Shown here: positions 8,993-17,917 of the stretch, piece by piece | Numbering within the stretch: the stretch's first letter is position 1 | Layout of the letters: each line of letters starts with the position of its first letter | From: Pseudomonadota bacterium | Lineage (GTDB): Bacteria > Pseudomonadota > Alphaproteobacteria > Caulobacterales > Caulobacteraceae | Assembly (NCBI GenBank): GCA_046046615.1 | Contig: JBJOJL010000003.1 | Location: 24,173-88,172, forward strand | Length of the DNA stretch: 64,000 nt | Direction of reading: 5' to 3' | The notes under the pieces: generated by a model | What the model was told of the DNA's origin: nothing | What the model saw: only the letters and a program-made list of their open reading frames with translations | Databases searched by the model: none | Made by a program: the position numbers and the translations under genes

Positions 8993-9920
8993 GACGTCCC
9001 GCATCTGGCTCATCGCCGGCCCCACGGCAAGCGGCAAGTCCGCCCTGGCCCTGCGACTTGCGCGGCTGACGGGGGGCGAGATCGTCGGGGCCGACGCCCT
9101 GCAGGTCTATCGTGACCTGCCCATCCTGACCGCCGCGCCGGATGCGGCGGACCTGGCCGCAGTGCGGCATCACCTGGTCGGGACAGTGGACGCCGGCGAA
9201 GCCTGGTCCACGGGGCGATGGGTCGCCGCCGCGCGGGTGGTGATCGACGACCTTGCGGCGCGGGGAACCGACGTCATCGTCGCCGGCGGGACGGGCCTTT
9301 ACTTCGAAGCCCTGGTGAACGGCCTGGCGGACATTCCCGCCGTCCCGGGCGACGTCCGGGCCCGCACGGGAGGCGACTACGCCGCCCTTGGCGAAGCGGC
9401 CTTCCGCGAGCGGCTGGCCGGGGTCGATCCCGCCGCTGCGGCAAGGATCCTGCCGGGGGACCGGCAGCGCCTCTGCCGGGCCTGGGAGGTCTTCGCCGCG
9501 ACGGGCCGGGCCCTGAGCGACTGGCAGGCCGAGCCCGCCGGGGGCCTGGCGCCCGGAAGCTGGCGAGGGGTCCGTCTCATGCCCCCGCGCGAGGCCCTCT
9601 ACCCTCGCTGCGACGCCCGGTTCGCCGCCATGGCGGCCGGTGGCGCGCTTGAGGAGGTGAAGGCGCTCATGGCGCGCGGCCTCGACCCCGCCCTGCCCGC
9701 CTGCAAGGCGGTGGGCGTGCGGCCCCTGGCCGCCCACCTGGCCGGAGCGCTGTCCCTGGAGGCCGCGATCGAGGCCGGCCAGAGAGAGACCCGGAACTAC
9801 GTCAAGCGGCAGGAGGTCTGGCTGCGGGGACGGATGGCGGACTGGCCGATGGTGACCGACCTGGACCCGGAAGCGCAATGGAGGTCATTTCTTGCGCTGA
9901 ACCCTGACTTGACGCCCTGA
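8991..9920 (+). CDS. miaA: tRNA dimethylallyltransferase MiaA
   Basis: IAGPTASGKS, DALQVY, GGTGLY and RNYVKRQ motifs. Start MTSRIWLI at 8991. Confidence 0.95.
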   Translation: MTSRIWLIAGPTASGKSALALRLARLTGGEIVGADALQVYRDLPILTAAPDAADLAAVRHHLVGTVDAGEAWSTGRWVAAARVVIDDLAARGTDVIVAGGTGLYFEALVNGLADIPAVPGDVRARTGGDYAALGEAAFRERLAGVDPAAAARILPGDRQRLCRAWEVFAATGRALSDWQAEPAGGLAPGSWRGVRLMPPREALYPRCDARFAAMAAGGALEEVKALMARGLDPALPACKAVGVRPLAAHLAGALSLEAAIEAGQRETRNYVKRQEVWLRGRMADWPMVTDLDPEAQWRSFLALNPDLTP

Positions 9921-9965
9921 GAGGGGCATGGCACTAGCCTTTCCAGCTGTTTTTGGAGACGACAC

Positions 9966-10010
9966 ATGCGTCGCGTCCTTGTACTCGCCAGGCGGCCCGC
10001 CGCGGACTGA
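9966..10010 (+). CDS. Predicted ilv attenuator leader peptide MRRVLVLARRPAAD
   Basis: ATG CGT CGC GTC CTT GTA CTC GCC AGG CGG CCC GCC GCG GAC TGA. Four consecutive Val/Leu codons, preceded by SD-like GGAG and followed by a terminator just before ilvI. Confidence 0.8.
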   Translation: MRRVLVLARRPAAD

Positions 10011-10042
10011 CCCCGTCAGCCGCGACTGGTCGCATACGCCCG

Positions 10043-10063
10043 GGCCCCTTGAGGGCCTTTTTT
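10043..10063 (+). terminator. Attenuator terminator upstream of ilvI
   Basis: GGCCC-CTTGA-GGGCC followed by TTTTTT. The left arm (CGGGCC 10041-10046) can alternatively pair with GGCCCG 9994-9999 inside the leader ORF. Confidence 0.8.
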
Positions 10064-10096
10064 ATTGCCTATGACCCCGTTCGGAACTTCCCCGCC

Positions 10097-11887
10097 ATGA
10101 CCGTCCAGACCCAGACCCTGACCGCCGCCGAGACCCTGACGGGCGCCGAGATCGTCGTGCGCGCCCTGGTGGACCAGGGAGTGGAGGTCCTGTTCGGCTA
10201 TCCCGGCGGAGCGGTCCTGCCGATCTACGACGCCCTCTTCAACGAGCCGCGCCTGCAGCACGTCCTGGTCCGCCACGAGCAGGGCGCCACCCACGCTGCG
10301 GAAGGATATGCGAGGTCCACCGGCAAGCCGGGCGTCGTTCTGGTGACCTCGGGGCCCGGCGCCACCAACGCCGTCACGGGCATTGTCGACGCCCTGATGG
10401 ACTCCATCCCCCTGGTGGTCATCACCGGCCAGGTCGCCACCCACCTGATCGGCACCGACGCCTTCCAGGAATGCGACACCATCGGCATCACCCGGTCGAT
10501 CACCAAGCACAACTACCTGGTCAAGGACACGGCGGACCTGCCCCGGGTCATGCACGAGGCCTTCCACATCGCCACCTCGGGCCGTCCGGGTCCGGTGGTC
10601 ATCGACATCCCCAAGGACGTCCAGTTCGGCAAGGCCGCCTACCAGGGGCCGGGCGAGGTCAAGCACGCCCACAACTACCGCCCGCGGACCCAGGGCGACC
10701 CGGCGCGGATCGCCGAAGCCGTGCAGATGATCGCCAATGCGCGGCGGCCCATCCTCTACACGGGCGGCGGGGTGATCAACGCCGGGCCCCGGGCGTCTGA
10801 ACTGCTGCGCGAGTTCGCCGCCCTGACCGGCGCGCCGGTGACCTCGACCCTGATGGGCCTGGGCGCCTTCCCGGCCTCCGATGACAAGTGGCTGGGCATG
10901 CTGGGCATGCACGGCAGCTTCGAGGCCAACAACGCCATGCACGACTGCGACGTCATGGTCGCCATCGGCGCGCGCTTCGACGACCGCGTCACCGGCAAGC
11001 TGGACGCCTTCTCGCCGGGCTCGCGGAAGATCCACATCGACATCGACCCCTCATCGATCTCCAAGAACGTCCGGGCCGACATTGGCATCGTCGGCGACGC
11101 CGCCAGCGTGCTCGAGGACATGATCGCCGCCTGGAAGGCTCGCAGCCTGTCCTGCGACGCCGGGGCCCAGGCCGAGTGGTGGCGGCAGATCGAGGCCTGG
11201 CGGGCGCGGAAGTCCTTCCGCTACGCCCCCTCCGCCGACAGCATCAAGCCGCAGCACGCCATCGAGCGCCTCTACGCCCTGACGCGGGACAAGGATGTCT
11301 ACATCACCACCGAGGTGGGCCAGCACCAGATGTGGGCGGCGCAGTTCTTCCACTTCGAGGAGCCGAACCGCTGGATGACCTCAGGGGGTCTGGGCACCAT
11401 GGGCTATGGCCTGCCCGCCGCGGTGGGCGTGCAGCTGGCCCATCCCAACAGCCTTGTCATCGACATCGGCGGCGACGCCAGCGTGCAGATGACGATGCAG
11501 GAGATGTCGACCGCCATCCAGTACGGCCTGCCGATCAAGATCTTCATCCTGAATAACGAGTGGATGGGCATGGTGCGCCAGTGGCAGCAGTTGCTGCATG
11601 GCGAGCGCTATTCGCACTCCTATTCGGCCAGCCTGCCGGACTTCGTGAAGATGGCCGAAGCCTTCGGCTGCCTCGGCCTGCGAGCCCGGACCCCGGCCGA
11701 GCTGGACGACGCCATCCGCCAGATGATCGACTATCCCGGCCCGGTCATCTTCGACTGCTGCGTCACGAAGGAAGAGAACTGCTTCCCCATGATCCCCTCG
11801 GGCAAGGCGCACAATGACATGATCCTGGCCGAGGAGACCCGCGACCTGGGCTCCATCATCGACGACGCCGGCAAGCGCCTGGTCTAG
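10097..11887 (+). CDS. ilvI: Acetolactate synthase large (catalytic) subunit
   Basis: FGYPGGAVLP, VRHEQGA, GMLGMHG, GQHQMWAAQ, SGGLGTMG and a ThDP-binding motif ending in NNEWMGMVRQWQ. Start set at ATG 10097, downstream of the attenuator. Confidence 0.95.
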   Translation: MTVQTQTLTAAETLTGAEIVVRALVDQGVEVLFGYPGGAVLPIYDALFNEPRLQHVLVRHEQGATHAAEGYARSTGKPGVVLVTSGPGATNAVTGIVDALMDSIPLVVITGQVATHLIGTDAFQECDTIGITRSITKHNYLVKDTADLPRVMHEAFHIATSGRPGPVVIDIPKDVQFGKAAYQGPGEVKHAHNYRPRTQGDPARIAEAVQMIANARRPILYTGGGVINAGPRASELLREFAALTGAPVTSTLMGLGAFPASDDKWLGMLGMHGSFEANNAMHDCDVMVAIGARFDDRVTGKLDAFSPGSRKIHIDIDPSSISKNVRADIGIVGDAASVLEDMIAAWKARSLSCDAGAQAEWWRQIEAWRARKSFRYAPSADSIKPQHAIERLYALTRDKDVYITTEVGQHQMWAAQFFHFEEPNRWMTSGGLGTMGYGLPAAVGVQLAHPNSLVIDIGGDASVQMTMQEMSTAIQYGLPIKIFILNNEWMGMVRQWQQLLHGERYSHSYSASLPDFVKMAEAFGCLGLRARTPAELDDAIRQMIDYPGPVIFDCCVTKEENCFPMIPSGKAHNDMILAEETRDLGSIIDDAGKRLV

Positions 11888-11920
11888 GTCCGGGGATCTT
11901 GGGAGGTCTGTGGCGACGCC

Positions 11921-12041
11921 GTTGACCCCCTCCGGCCCGGGGCCTCGCCCCGGTCCACCTCCCCCGGGGGGAGGAATTAGGGAGCGCTCAATTGCTCCCC
12001 CAAGGGGGAGCTGTCAGCGAAGCTGACTGAGGGGGTCTTCG
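11921..12041. repeat. Palindromic intergenic repeat (REP-doublet / CIR-like), copy 2, inverted relative to copy 1
   Basis: GTTGACCCCCTCCGGCCC...CGGTCCACCTCCCCC...GGGGGAGGAATTA...CAATTGCTCCCCCAAGGGGGAGCTG...TGAGGGGGTC aligns with the reverse complement of 6029..6140, with compensatory arm changes (GCCGGC/GCCGGC versus GTCAGC/GCTGAC). Confidence 0.85.
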
Positions 12042-12046
12042 GCGGC

Positions 12047-12727
12047 TCAGCTGCCCTCTCCCTCCCGGGGGGCCTCGCCAAGCCGGAGTGAGCCCTCCGG
12101 CCCAGGTGTGGGAAGGGCGCCCAGTTCGCCCCGGTCCAGCCAGGCCAGGCCGTCCCCGAGGGTCATGATCACCGGCTGGCGGTCGTGGATGCGGGCCATG
12201 TCGGGGCCGGCGGGCCGGGTGATGACGGCGAAGCTGTCGAGCCCATCGGGCAGGTCGGCGGGGCGCGACCGGGCGCACAGCCCCGCCATGAAGCGGACCG
12301 GGCCGGACGCGGCGTCCGGCGGCCAGGAGACTTCCCAGCGCCGCTTGGGCTGGCCCTTCCGCCACCCCGGCGGGGCGTCGTACTCGAAGACCGAGGTCAC
12401 GGGGACCAGGCAGCGGCCCGAACGGACGGACTCCCGGAAGGACGGCGCGGTGGCGGCCGTCTCGATCCGGGCGTTGGTGCACATGGCCTTCCAGTCGGAA
12501 ACCGGACCGCGGTGGAAGGCTGGCACAAGCCACCACCGGGCCTGGAGGCCTTCGAGCCCCTGCTCCGCGGCGGTCCGGCGCAGGATCGGCGCGCGTTCGG
12601 TGGGCCGGAAGGGCCTGTCAGGCGGGCGGTTGGACTCAGGGTCGAGCCAGAGGATGTCGAGCCCCGCGCCGCGGAAGGCGGCGTCGTAGTCGGCGCGGCG
12701 GACCTTCAGCTGGTATTCGTTACACAC
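12047..12727 (-). CDS. SOS response-associated peptidase (SRAP/YedK/HMCES family, abasic-site protection)
   Basis: Begins M-C-N with the catalytic Cys2 (GTG TGT AAC). TNARIET, SVFEY and IHDRQPVI motifs. Confidence 0.85.
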   Translation of the reverse strand: MCNEYQLKVRRADYDAAFRGAGLDILWLDPESNRPPDRPFRPTERAPILRRTAAEQGLEGLQARWWLVPAFHRGPVSDWKAMCTNARIETAATAPSFRESVRSGRCLVPVTSVFEYDAPPGWRKGQPKRRWEVSWPPDAASGPVRFMAGLCARSRPADLPDGLDSFAVITRPAGPDMARIHDRQPVIMTLGDGLAWLDRGELGALPTPGPEGSLRLGEAPREGEGS

Positions 12728-12736
12728 GCGCCCGGA

Positions 12737-13339
12737 TCAGGCGCCGGCGGCGGGGGCCGTCAGGCGACGCAGGGCCAGCCCCACCTGGATCCAGCCGAAG
12801 CCGGCGACCAGCAGGTCCAGGGCGAGGAGCAACCCAAGCGCCGTCAGGCTTGACGCCGGCCAGAGCAACAGCACGACCAGACCCAGCATGATGGTGGCTG
12901 CGCCCGAGGCGGCGAGCCATCCCCAGGCGTCCGTGACCTGCCGGACCTGCAAGGCCAGGGCGATGCGGACAATGCCCGAGGCCGCCAGGCCCGCGCCGAG
13001 CATCAGGGTCAGGACCCCGGCCGCCAGGGTCGGATTGCGCAGCACCAGGACGCCGCAGACGAGATAGAGGGCCCCGAGAAGGACCCAGAAGGGCGCCCGG
13101 CCCGTGCCCCTCTGCCGGAACCCGTGGAGGATCTCCACGATACCGGCGAGACACATGGCGACGCCCACCAGGGTCACCGTGGCCAGGGTGGCGAAGGCCA
13201 GGGAGCCCAGGGCCAGGCCCCCGAGGACAATCAGGGCCGCCCCAACGCCCAGGATCCAGCCCGAGGCCCCGCGAAGGGCCTCAAGCCCGCGCAGGACCCG
13301 GCCGCGCAGGGCCTCCAGGATTTCCGTTTCGTCCGTCAC
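12737..13339 (-). CDS. HdeD/DUF308 family membrane protein
   Basis: C-terminal half of ORF 12737..13840 with the real start at GTG 13339 (MTDETEILE). Six TM helices with the W-LGVG...GGLALG and GIVEI pattern. Confidence 0.8.
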   Translation of the reverse strand: MTDETEILEALRGRVLRGLEALRGASGWILGVGAALIVLGGLALGSLAFATLATVTLVGVAMCLAGIVEILHGFRQRGTGRAPFWVLLGALYLVCGVLVLRNPTLAAGVLTLMLGAGLAASGIVRIALALQVRQVTDAWGWLAASGAATIMLGLVVLLLWPASSLTALGLLLALDLLVAGFGWIQVGLALRRLTAPAAGA

Positions 13340-13410
13340 GCCAGCCTCCCAAGCTTGTCCCCCCGGGGGAGGCTGCGCCCCAGCCCTTGGAGGTGTCAAG
13401 ACGAGGGGGG

Positions 13411-13929
13411 TCAGGCCTTGAGCTTCATCGCCCCGAGGTAGTCGCGCTTGCCGAGGGGCGCGCCCTTCTGACGGAGGATGTCGTAGGCCGTCGCGGCGTG
13501 GAAATGCAGGTTCGGCAGGGAGAAGGACATCAGGAAGCCCTCGGCCGTGAAGGGGATCTGGCCCTGGCCGATCTTGAAGACCACGTCCTTGCCCTCCAGG
13601 GCGTTGACCTCGTCGGCCGACAGGGCCTTGAGCCGGGCCAGGGCGTCGGCGACCAGGGCCTCCAGGCCGGCATAGTCCAGGTCCTGGGGCGCAGGCGGGC
13701 CGAAGACCCCGGCCTTGGCGCCCTCGATGGCGTTGATGGAGTGGTGCACCACGGAAAGCAGCTGGAAGCGGAAGGGGAACATGTCCGCCGCCAGGCGGGT
13801 CTCGACCACCTCGTCGGGATTCACGCCAGCCTCCTGGCACCAGGTCCGGCCCTTGCCGAGGAAGGCCGAGACGGCGCCGACGGTCTGAATCATTGAACCG
13901 ACGCTGACGTCGTAGAGCGAAATCGCCAT
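13411..13929 (-). CDS. DUF1993 family protein (DinB/YfiT-like helical bundle)
   Basis: MAISLYDVSV...RLAADMFPF...SLPNLHFHAATAYDILRQKGAPLGKRDYLG matches the family pattern. Confidence 0.85.
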   Translation of the reverse strand: MAISLYDVSVGSMIQTVGAVSAFLGKGRTWCQEAGVNPDEVVETRLAADMFPFRFQLLSVVHHSINAIEGAKAGVFGPPAPQDLDYAGLEALVADALARLKALSADEVNALEGKDVVFKIGQGQIPFTAEGFLMSFSLPNLHFHAATAYDILRQKGAPLGKRDYLGAMKLKA

Positions 13930-14084
13930 TCCCGTATTTCCTTCATCCGTGATGCCAGACCGGACCGGACGGCGCCCCTGAAGGGCGCAACCCGGCCGGA
14001 ACAAGCTTTTCTTCATGCTTGCCGGCCATTCTGTCCAGACCGGACATGGGGAGCCGGTCGGATTAGGCTCCGGAACCGGTCCTG

Positions 14085-16649
14085 ATGGCGAGGAGACATG
14101 AAGGCCCGGCCTTGGAGGCCGACCCTGAGCCCTCTGGCGCCAGGATCTGGCGCTGGCTCTCTGAACGTCATGTTCAGGACGCCCTGGCGGGAACGGCGAT
14201 CGCGGGCGCTGCGGCTCCCTACCTTGCAGGTCAGTCGGTGCTCGCCTGGCTGGGCTTCATCCTGGCCAGTTCCGCGGCTGAAGGCCTGCTGAAGGCGAGA
14301 GGCGCCGGTCGCCGCCTCGTGCGCGACCTGCTTGAACTGTCCCGGACCTTGGCGGCCACTGCGCTGGGATTGGTCCTGATCGAGGGGCCCCACGCGGACG
14401 CTGCGCTCGTGGCCATCGCCATCTGGGGTTCGATGGCCTTCCGGGCCATCGTCGTCGACTATCGCCGCCCCGCCCAGCTCTGGATCCGGCTCGGCCCGCC
14501 CCTGGCGGCCGGGATCTGGCGGCAGGTCTCCCTCTCATGGGAGCATGCCTTCGACCGTTCGCCACAGCTCATCCTGTCCGATATCTGCATTCTCGTCCTG
14601 CTGCTCGCGGCGACCCTCACGGTCTACATGACCCTCCGCGAGCGGCGGCAGACCTATGAGCGCGTGCTGGCGGAAAGCGGCGAAAAGACCCGGCAGGTCG
14701 AAGAGGCCCACCGGGTGGCCCTGCTTGCGGAGCAACTGGCGGGCTCGGGACACTTCCGGTTCGAACTCCGGACCTTCGAGACCACATTCTCGGCGGGACT
14801 CTACGAGCTCTATGGTTTCGACCCGTCGGAAGGACGACCAAGGCTGGAGGTTCTCCTTTCCCTCTTTGAAGGAGGCGACCAGACCCGGATCCGGGAGATG
14901 ATCGCCCAGGTGGTGAACACCCGGGCGCCGGTGCGGATCGAGGCCCGGTGCCGGCTCCAGGACGGACGCGAGAAGATCGTCCTGACGCAGGCCAATCCCG
15001 AGTTCAGCGAGTCCGGCGAGGTGATCGCCATCTTCGGCATCTCGATGGACGTGACCGAGGCCCGCCGGCGCGAGGCGGCCCTGGCCGACAGCGAGGCGCG
15101 GCTGCGGCTGCTGGCGGACAATGTCACCGACATCGTGATCTGGGTCAGCGCAGGCGGCCGGATCCTCTACGCCTCCCCGTCCGTGGCGTCCCTAGGCTAC
15201 ACGCCCGACTCCATGGTCAACAAGGCGTCCATCGACTTCATCCATCCCGACGACCACGGGGAGGCCACACGCCTCCTGAACCGGGTCTTCGAGGATCACC
15301 AACCGGAAGCGGACTTCCGGGGAGAATTCAGGTTCCTGAACCGCCGGGGCGGTGACGATCCGGTCTGGCTGGAAGGCTACGCCCGCGCGATCCGGGATCC
15401 GGAAGGGCGGCCGCGGTCCGCCGTGATCAATTTCCGGGACGTGACCGTCCGGCGGGAACTTGAAGAAGACCTGCGGCGGGCCAAGACCCGAGCGGAAGCG
15501 GCCGCGGAGGCCAAGAGCGAGTTCCTGGCGAACATGAGCCACGAGATCCGCACGCCACTGACCGGGGTGATCGGCTTCTCCTCTCTCCTGTCACAGGTTC
15601 CGGGCCTTCCGGATCCGGCGGGAAGCTATGTCCGCAAGGTGATCAACAGCGGTGAGGCCCTGCTGGCCGTCGTGAACGACATCCTCGACTTCTCGAAGCT
15701 CGAGGCCGGGCAGGTCGACCTGGACCCCGTCCCCTTCCATGTGAAGGACTTCCTGGAGGAGGTCACCGGCCTGTTCGCAGTCCAGGCCTCGGCCAAGGGA
15801 CTGAAGCTGGAGATCCGGGTCTCGGACACAACCCCGGAGCACCTGATGGCCGACCGTTCACGGGTGCGGCAGGTGCTGTCCAACCTGATCAGCAACGCCA
15901 TCAAGTTCACGGAAACGGGCTCGATCCTGGTCCACGCGCGGTACGACCTGGGCAAGCCCGCCCTGGAGATCTCGGTCACGGACACCGGGGTGGGCATCCA
16001 TGACGACCAGATGGAGAAGCTCTTCCAGAGGTTCACCCAAGCCGACGGCTCGATCAGCCGCCAGTATGGGGGCACCGGACTGGGACTGTCGATCTGCCGC
16101 CAGCTGACCACCCTGATGGGAGGAACCATCTCGGTCGCCTCGACGCCCGGGGCGGGGTCGACCTTCACCTTCGACATCGTGGCGCCGCCGGCCGATGGTC
16201 CGGCGCCGGCCGCCGTCGAAGGCTCGTCGCTGACCGAAGCTGAAGAACGCCTCCGGATCCTGGTGGTCGACGACCTAGACGCCAACCGCGAGCTGGTTCG
16301 CGCCCTCCTGGAGGCCGTGGGGCAGGAGGTCGAGGAGGCCTCCGGAGGAGCCCAGGCCGTCTCCATGACGGTTCGCCAGACCTATGACCTGATCCTGATG
16401 GACCTGCAGATGCCGGGGATGGACGGCTTCGCCACGACGCGGGCGATCCGGCAGCTGTCGCAGGAGAACCGGTCGACCCCCATTGTCGCCCTGTCCGCCA
16501 ATGTCCTGCCCGAGCACGTCACCGAGGCCGAGAAGGCGGGAATGAACGACCACATCGGAAAGCCCATCGTTCCCGCCCGGCTGATCGCCGCCCTGAACCG
16601 CTGGGCGGGGGTGCGCGTCGGGGTGGAGCCGGCGCCTGAGGAAGGCTGA
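14085..16649 (+). CDS. Membrane-bound hybrid sensor histidine kinase (TM-PAS-PAS-HisKA-HATPase-REC)
   Basis: H-box FLANMSHEIRTPLTGVIG, N-box NLISNAIKFT, G boxes DTGVGI and GGTGLGL, and receiver motifs LVVDD and LILMDLQMP. Confidence 0.93.
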   Translation: MARRHEGPALEADPEPSGARIWRWLSERHVQDALAGTAIAGAAAPYLAGQSVLAWLGFILASSAAEGLLKARGAGRRLVRDLLELSRTLAATALGLVLIEGPHADAALVAIAIWGSMAFRAIVVDYRRPAQLWIRLGPPLAAGIWRQVSLSWEHAFDRSPQLILSDICILVLLLAATLTVYMTLRERRQTYERVLAESGEKTRQVEEAHRVALLAEQLAGSGHFRFELRTFETTFSAGLYELYGFDPSEGRPRLEVLLSLFEGGDQTRIREMIAQVVNTRAPVRIEARCRLQDGREKIVLTQANPEFSESGEVIAIFGISMDVTEARRREAALADSEARLRLLADNVTDIVIWVSAGGRILYASPSVASLGYTPDSMVNKASIDFIHPDDHGEATRLLNRVFEDHQPEADFRGEFRFLNRRGGDDPVWLEGYARAIRDPEGRPRSAVINFRDVTVRRELEEDLRRAKTRAEAAAEAKSEFLANMSHEIRTPLTGVIGFSSLLSQVPGLPDPAGSYVRKVINSGEALLAVVNDILDFSKLEAGQVDLDPVPFHVKDFLEEVTGLFAVQASAKGLKLEIRVSDTTPEHLMADRSRVRQVLSNLISNAIKFTETGSILVHARYDLGKPALEISVTDTGVGIHDDQMEKLFQRFTQADGSISRQYGGTGLGLSICRQLTTLMGGTISVASTPGAGSTFTFDIVAPPADGPAPAAVEGSSLTEAEERLRILVVDDLDANRELVRALLEAVGQEVEEASGGAQAVSMTVRQTYDLILMDLQMPGMDGFATTRAIRQLSQENRSTPIVALSANVLPEHVTEAEKAGMNDHIGKPIVPARLIAALNRWAGVRVGVEPAPEEG

Positions 16650-16712
16650 CCTCCTGCGGCTTTCCGCCGTCCCGTCCCCGTTCTAGGGTGAAGGGGAACA
16701 GGGAGAGGCCCC

Positions 16713-17321
16713 ATGATCCGACGCCGAGACCTCCTGATTGCGGCGGGCGCCGCCGCAGCCGCCCGCCCCGCCTTCGCCGCCGGAACCCCCGGCGTGGTCC
16801 GGGTGCGACTCGCCACCCGACTGGGCGACATCCTGCTGGAGTTGCGAGGCGACAAGGCGCCCGCCACCACCGCCAATTTCCTCCGTTACGTGGACGAAAG
16901 GCGGATGGACAAGGGAACCTTCTACCGCCGGTCCGTCCCGCCCGGGGCGACCGAGTTCGACTACGGCGTGATCCAGGGCGGCCTGCAGAACAACCCGGCC
17001 TGGGTGCTGCCCCCGGTGCGCCATGAGCCCACCAGCCGGACAGGGCTGAAGCACACGGACGGCGCCATCTCCATGGGCCGGCGGGCGCCCGGTACGGCGA
17101 CTTCGGACTTCTTCATCTGCGCCGGAGAGCAGGCCTACCTGGACGCCGATCCCGCCGCCAAGGGCGACAACCTGGGCTTCGCCTGCTTCGGCTATGTGGT
17201 CGAGGGGATGGAGACGGTGCACAAGATCCTGGCCCAGCCGGTCTCGCCCACCGCGGGTGTCGGGACGATGAAGGGCGAAATGCTGCGGAACCCCCTGCCG
17301 ATCACCGCCCGCCGCGCCTGA
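16713..17321 (+). CDS. Cyclophilin-type peptidyl-prolyl isomerase with a Tat-like signal
   Basis: MIRRRDLL twin-arginine signal. KAPATTANFLRYV, FYR, VIQGG and SDFFI motifs. Confidence 0.88.
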   Translation: MIRRRDLLIAAGAAAAARPAFAAGTPGVVRVRLATRLGDILLELRGDKAPATTANFLRYVDERRMDKGTFYRRSVPPGATEFDYGVIQGGLQNNPAWVLPPVRHEPTSRTGLKHTDGAISMGRRAPGTATSDFFICAGEQAYLDADPAAKGDNLGFACFGYVVEGMETVHKILAQPVSPTAGVGTMKGEMLRNPLPITARRA

Positions 17322-17324
17322 GGC

Positions 17325-17771
17325 TCAGGCGGGCTTCCCCGGAAAGGCGGCGAGCAGCCGGGCGAGGCCGGGCTCGTCCACCTGGGTGGCCGCCTCTGGC
17401 GAAGCCATCCATCGGCGTTCGCGCTGGTGGGCCTCGGGCCAGGCGTCATGGATTTCGACAACCTCCAGCGGGTAAACCTCCACCCGAACCGGCTGCAACT
17501 GACCTCCCGAGAGCCGCTTGTCGTAGTCAAAGACGCCGATCTTGCGCGCCCGCGTCCGGCCCTCGACCCCGGCCTCTTCCCAGGCCTCCCGGGCGGCGGC
17601 CTGATGCGGCTTGAGGTCCTTCATGGGCCAGCCCTTGGGGATGACCCATCGACGGGTTTCCCGGGAGGTGATCATGAGGACCTCGACCCCTCCCCCCTCG
17701 CACAGCCGCCACGGCAGGGCCGCATACTGGCGGAGCCGGCGAGCGGGATCGGGAATCTGGCCTGGCTTCAT
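17325..17771 (-). CDS. NUDIX hydrolase (diadenosine/inositol polyphosphate-type)
   Basis: QYAALPW, LMITSR, WVIPKGW and AAREAWEEAG Nudix box. Start set at ATG 17771. Confidence 0.88.
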   Translation of the reverse strand: MKPGQIPDPARRLRQYAALPWRLCEGGGVEVLMITSRETRRWVIPKGWPMKDLKPHQAAAREAWEEAGVEGRTRARKIGVFDYDKRLSGGQLQPVRVEVYPLEVVEIHDAWPEAHQRERRWMASPEAATQVDEPGLARLLAAFPGKPA

Positions 17772-17917
17772 TACGGCTCCGGCAAGGGCATGGCCATTCA
17801 CTCCCGCAGAGTCGCCGCATGGATGCAAGCCCATGTCCAGCACAACGCCCCCCTCGCAGCCCCTTGCCGATCGGCCGGGCATGTGACACCTGCCGGTCAC
17901 ACCCCAGCGAGAGCGCC

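Noticed and set aside
9929-9944. Sigma54 promoter (TGGCAC) upstream of the ilv leader
   Set aside because: The -12 TTGC element is missing (TTTCC at the required spacing).
13355-13410. TCCCCCCGGGGGA hairpin as a third copy of the palindromic repeat
   Set aside because: Only one short arm resembles the element, and the GTTGACCCCCTC termini are absent.
12727-13990. LexA (SOS) box for the SRAP gene
   Set aside because: No GTTC-N7-GTTC or GAAC-N7-GAAC seen by eye upstream of any of the three genes.
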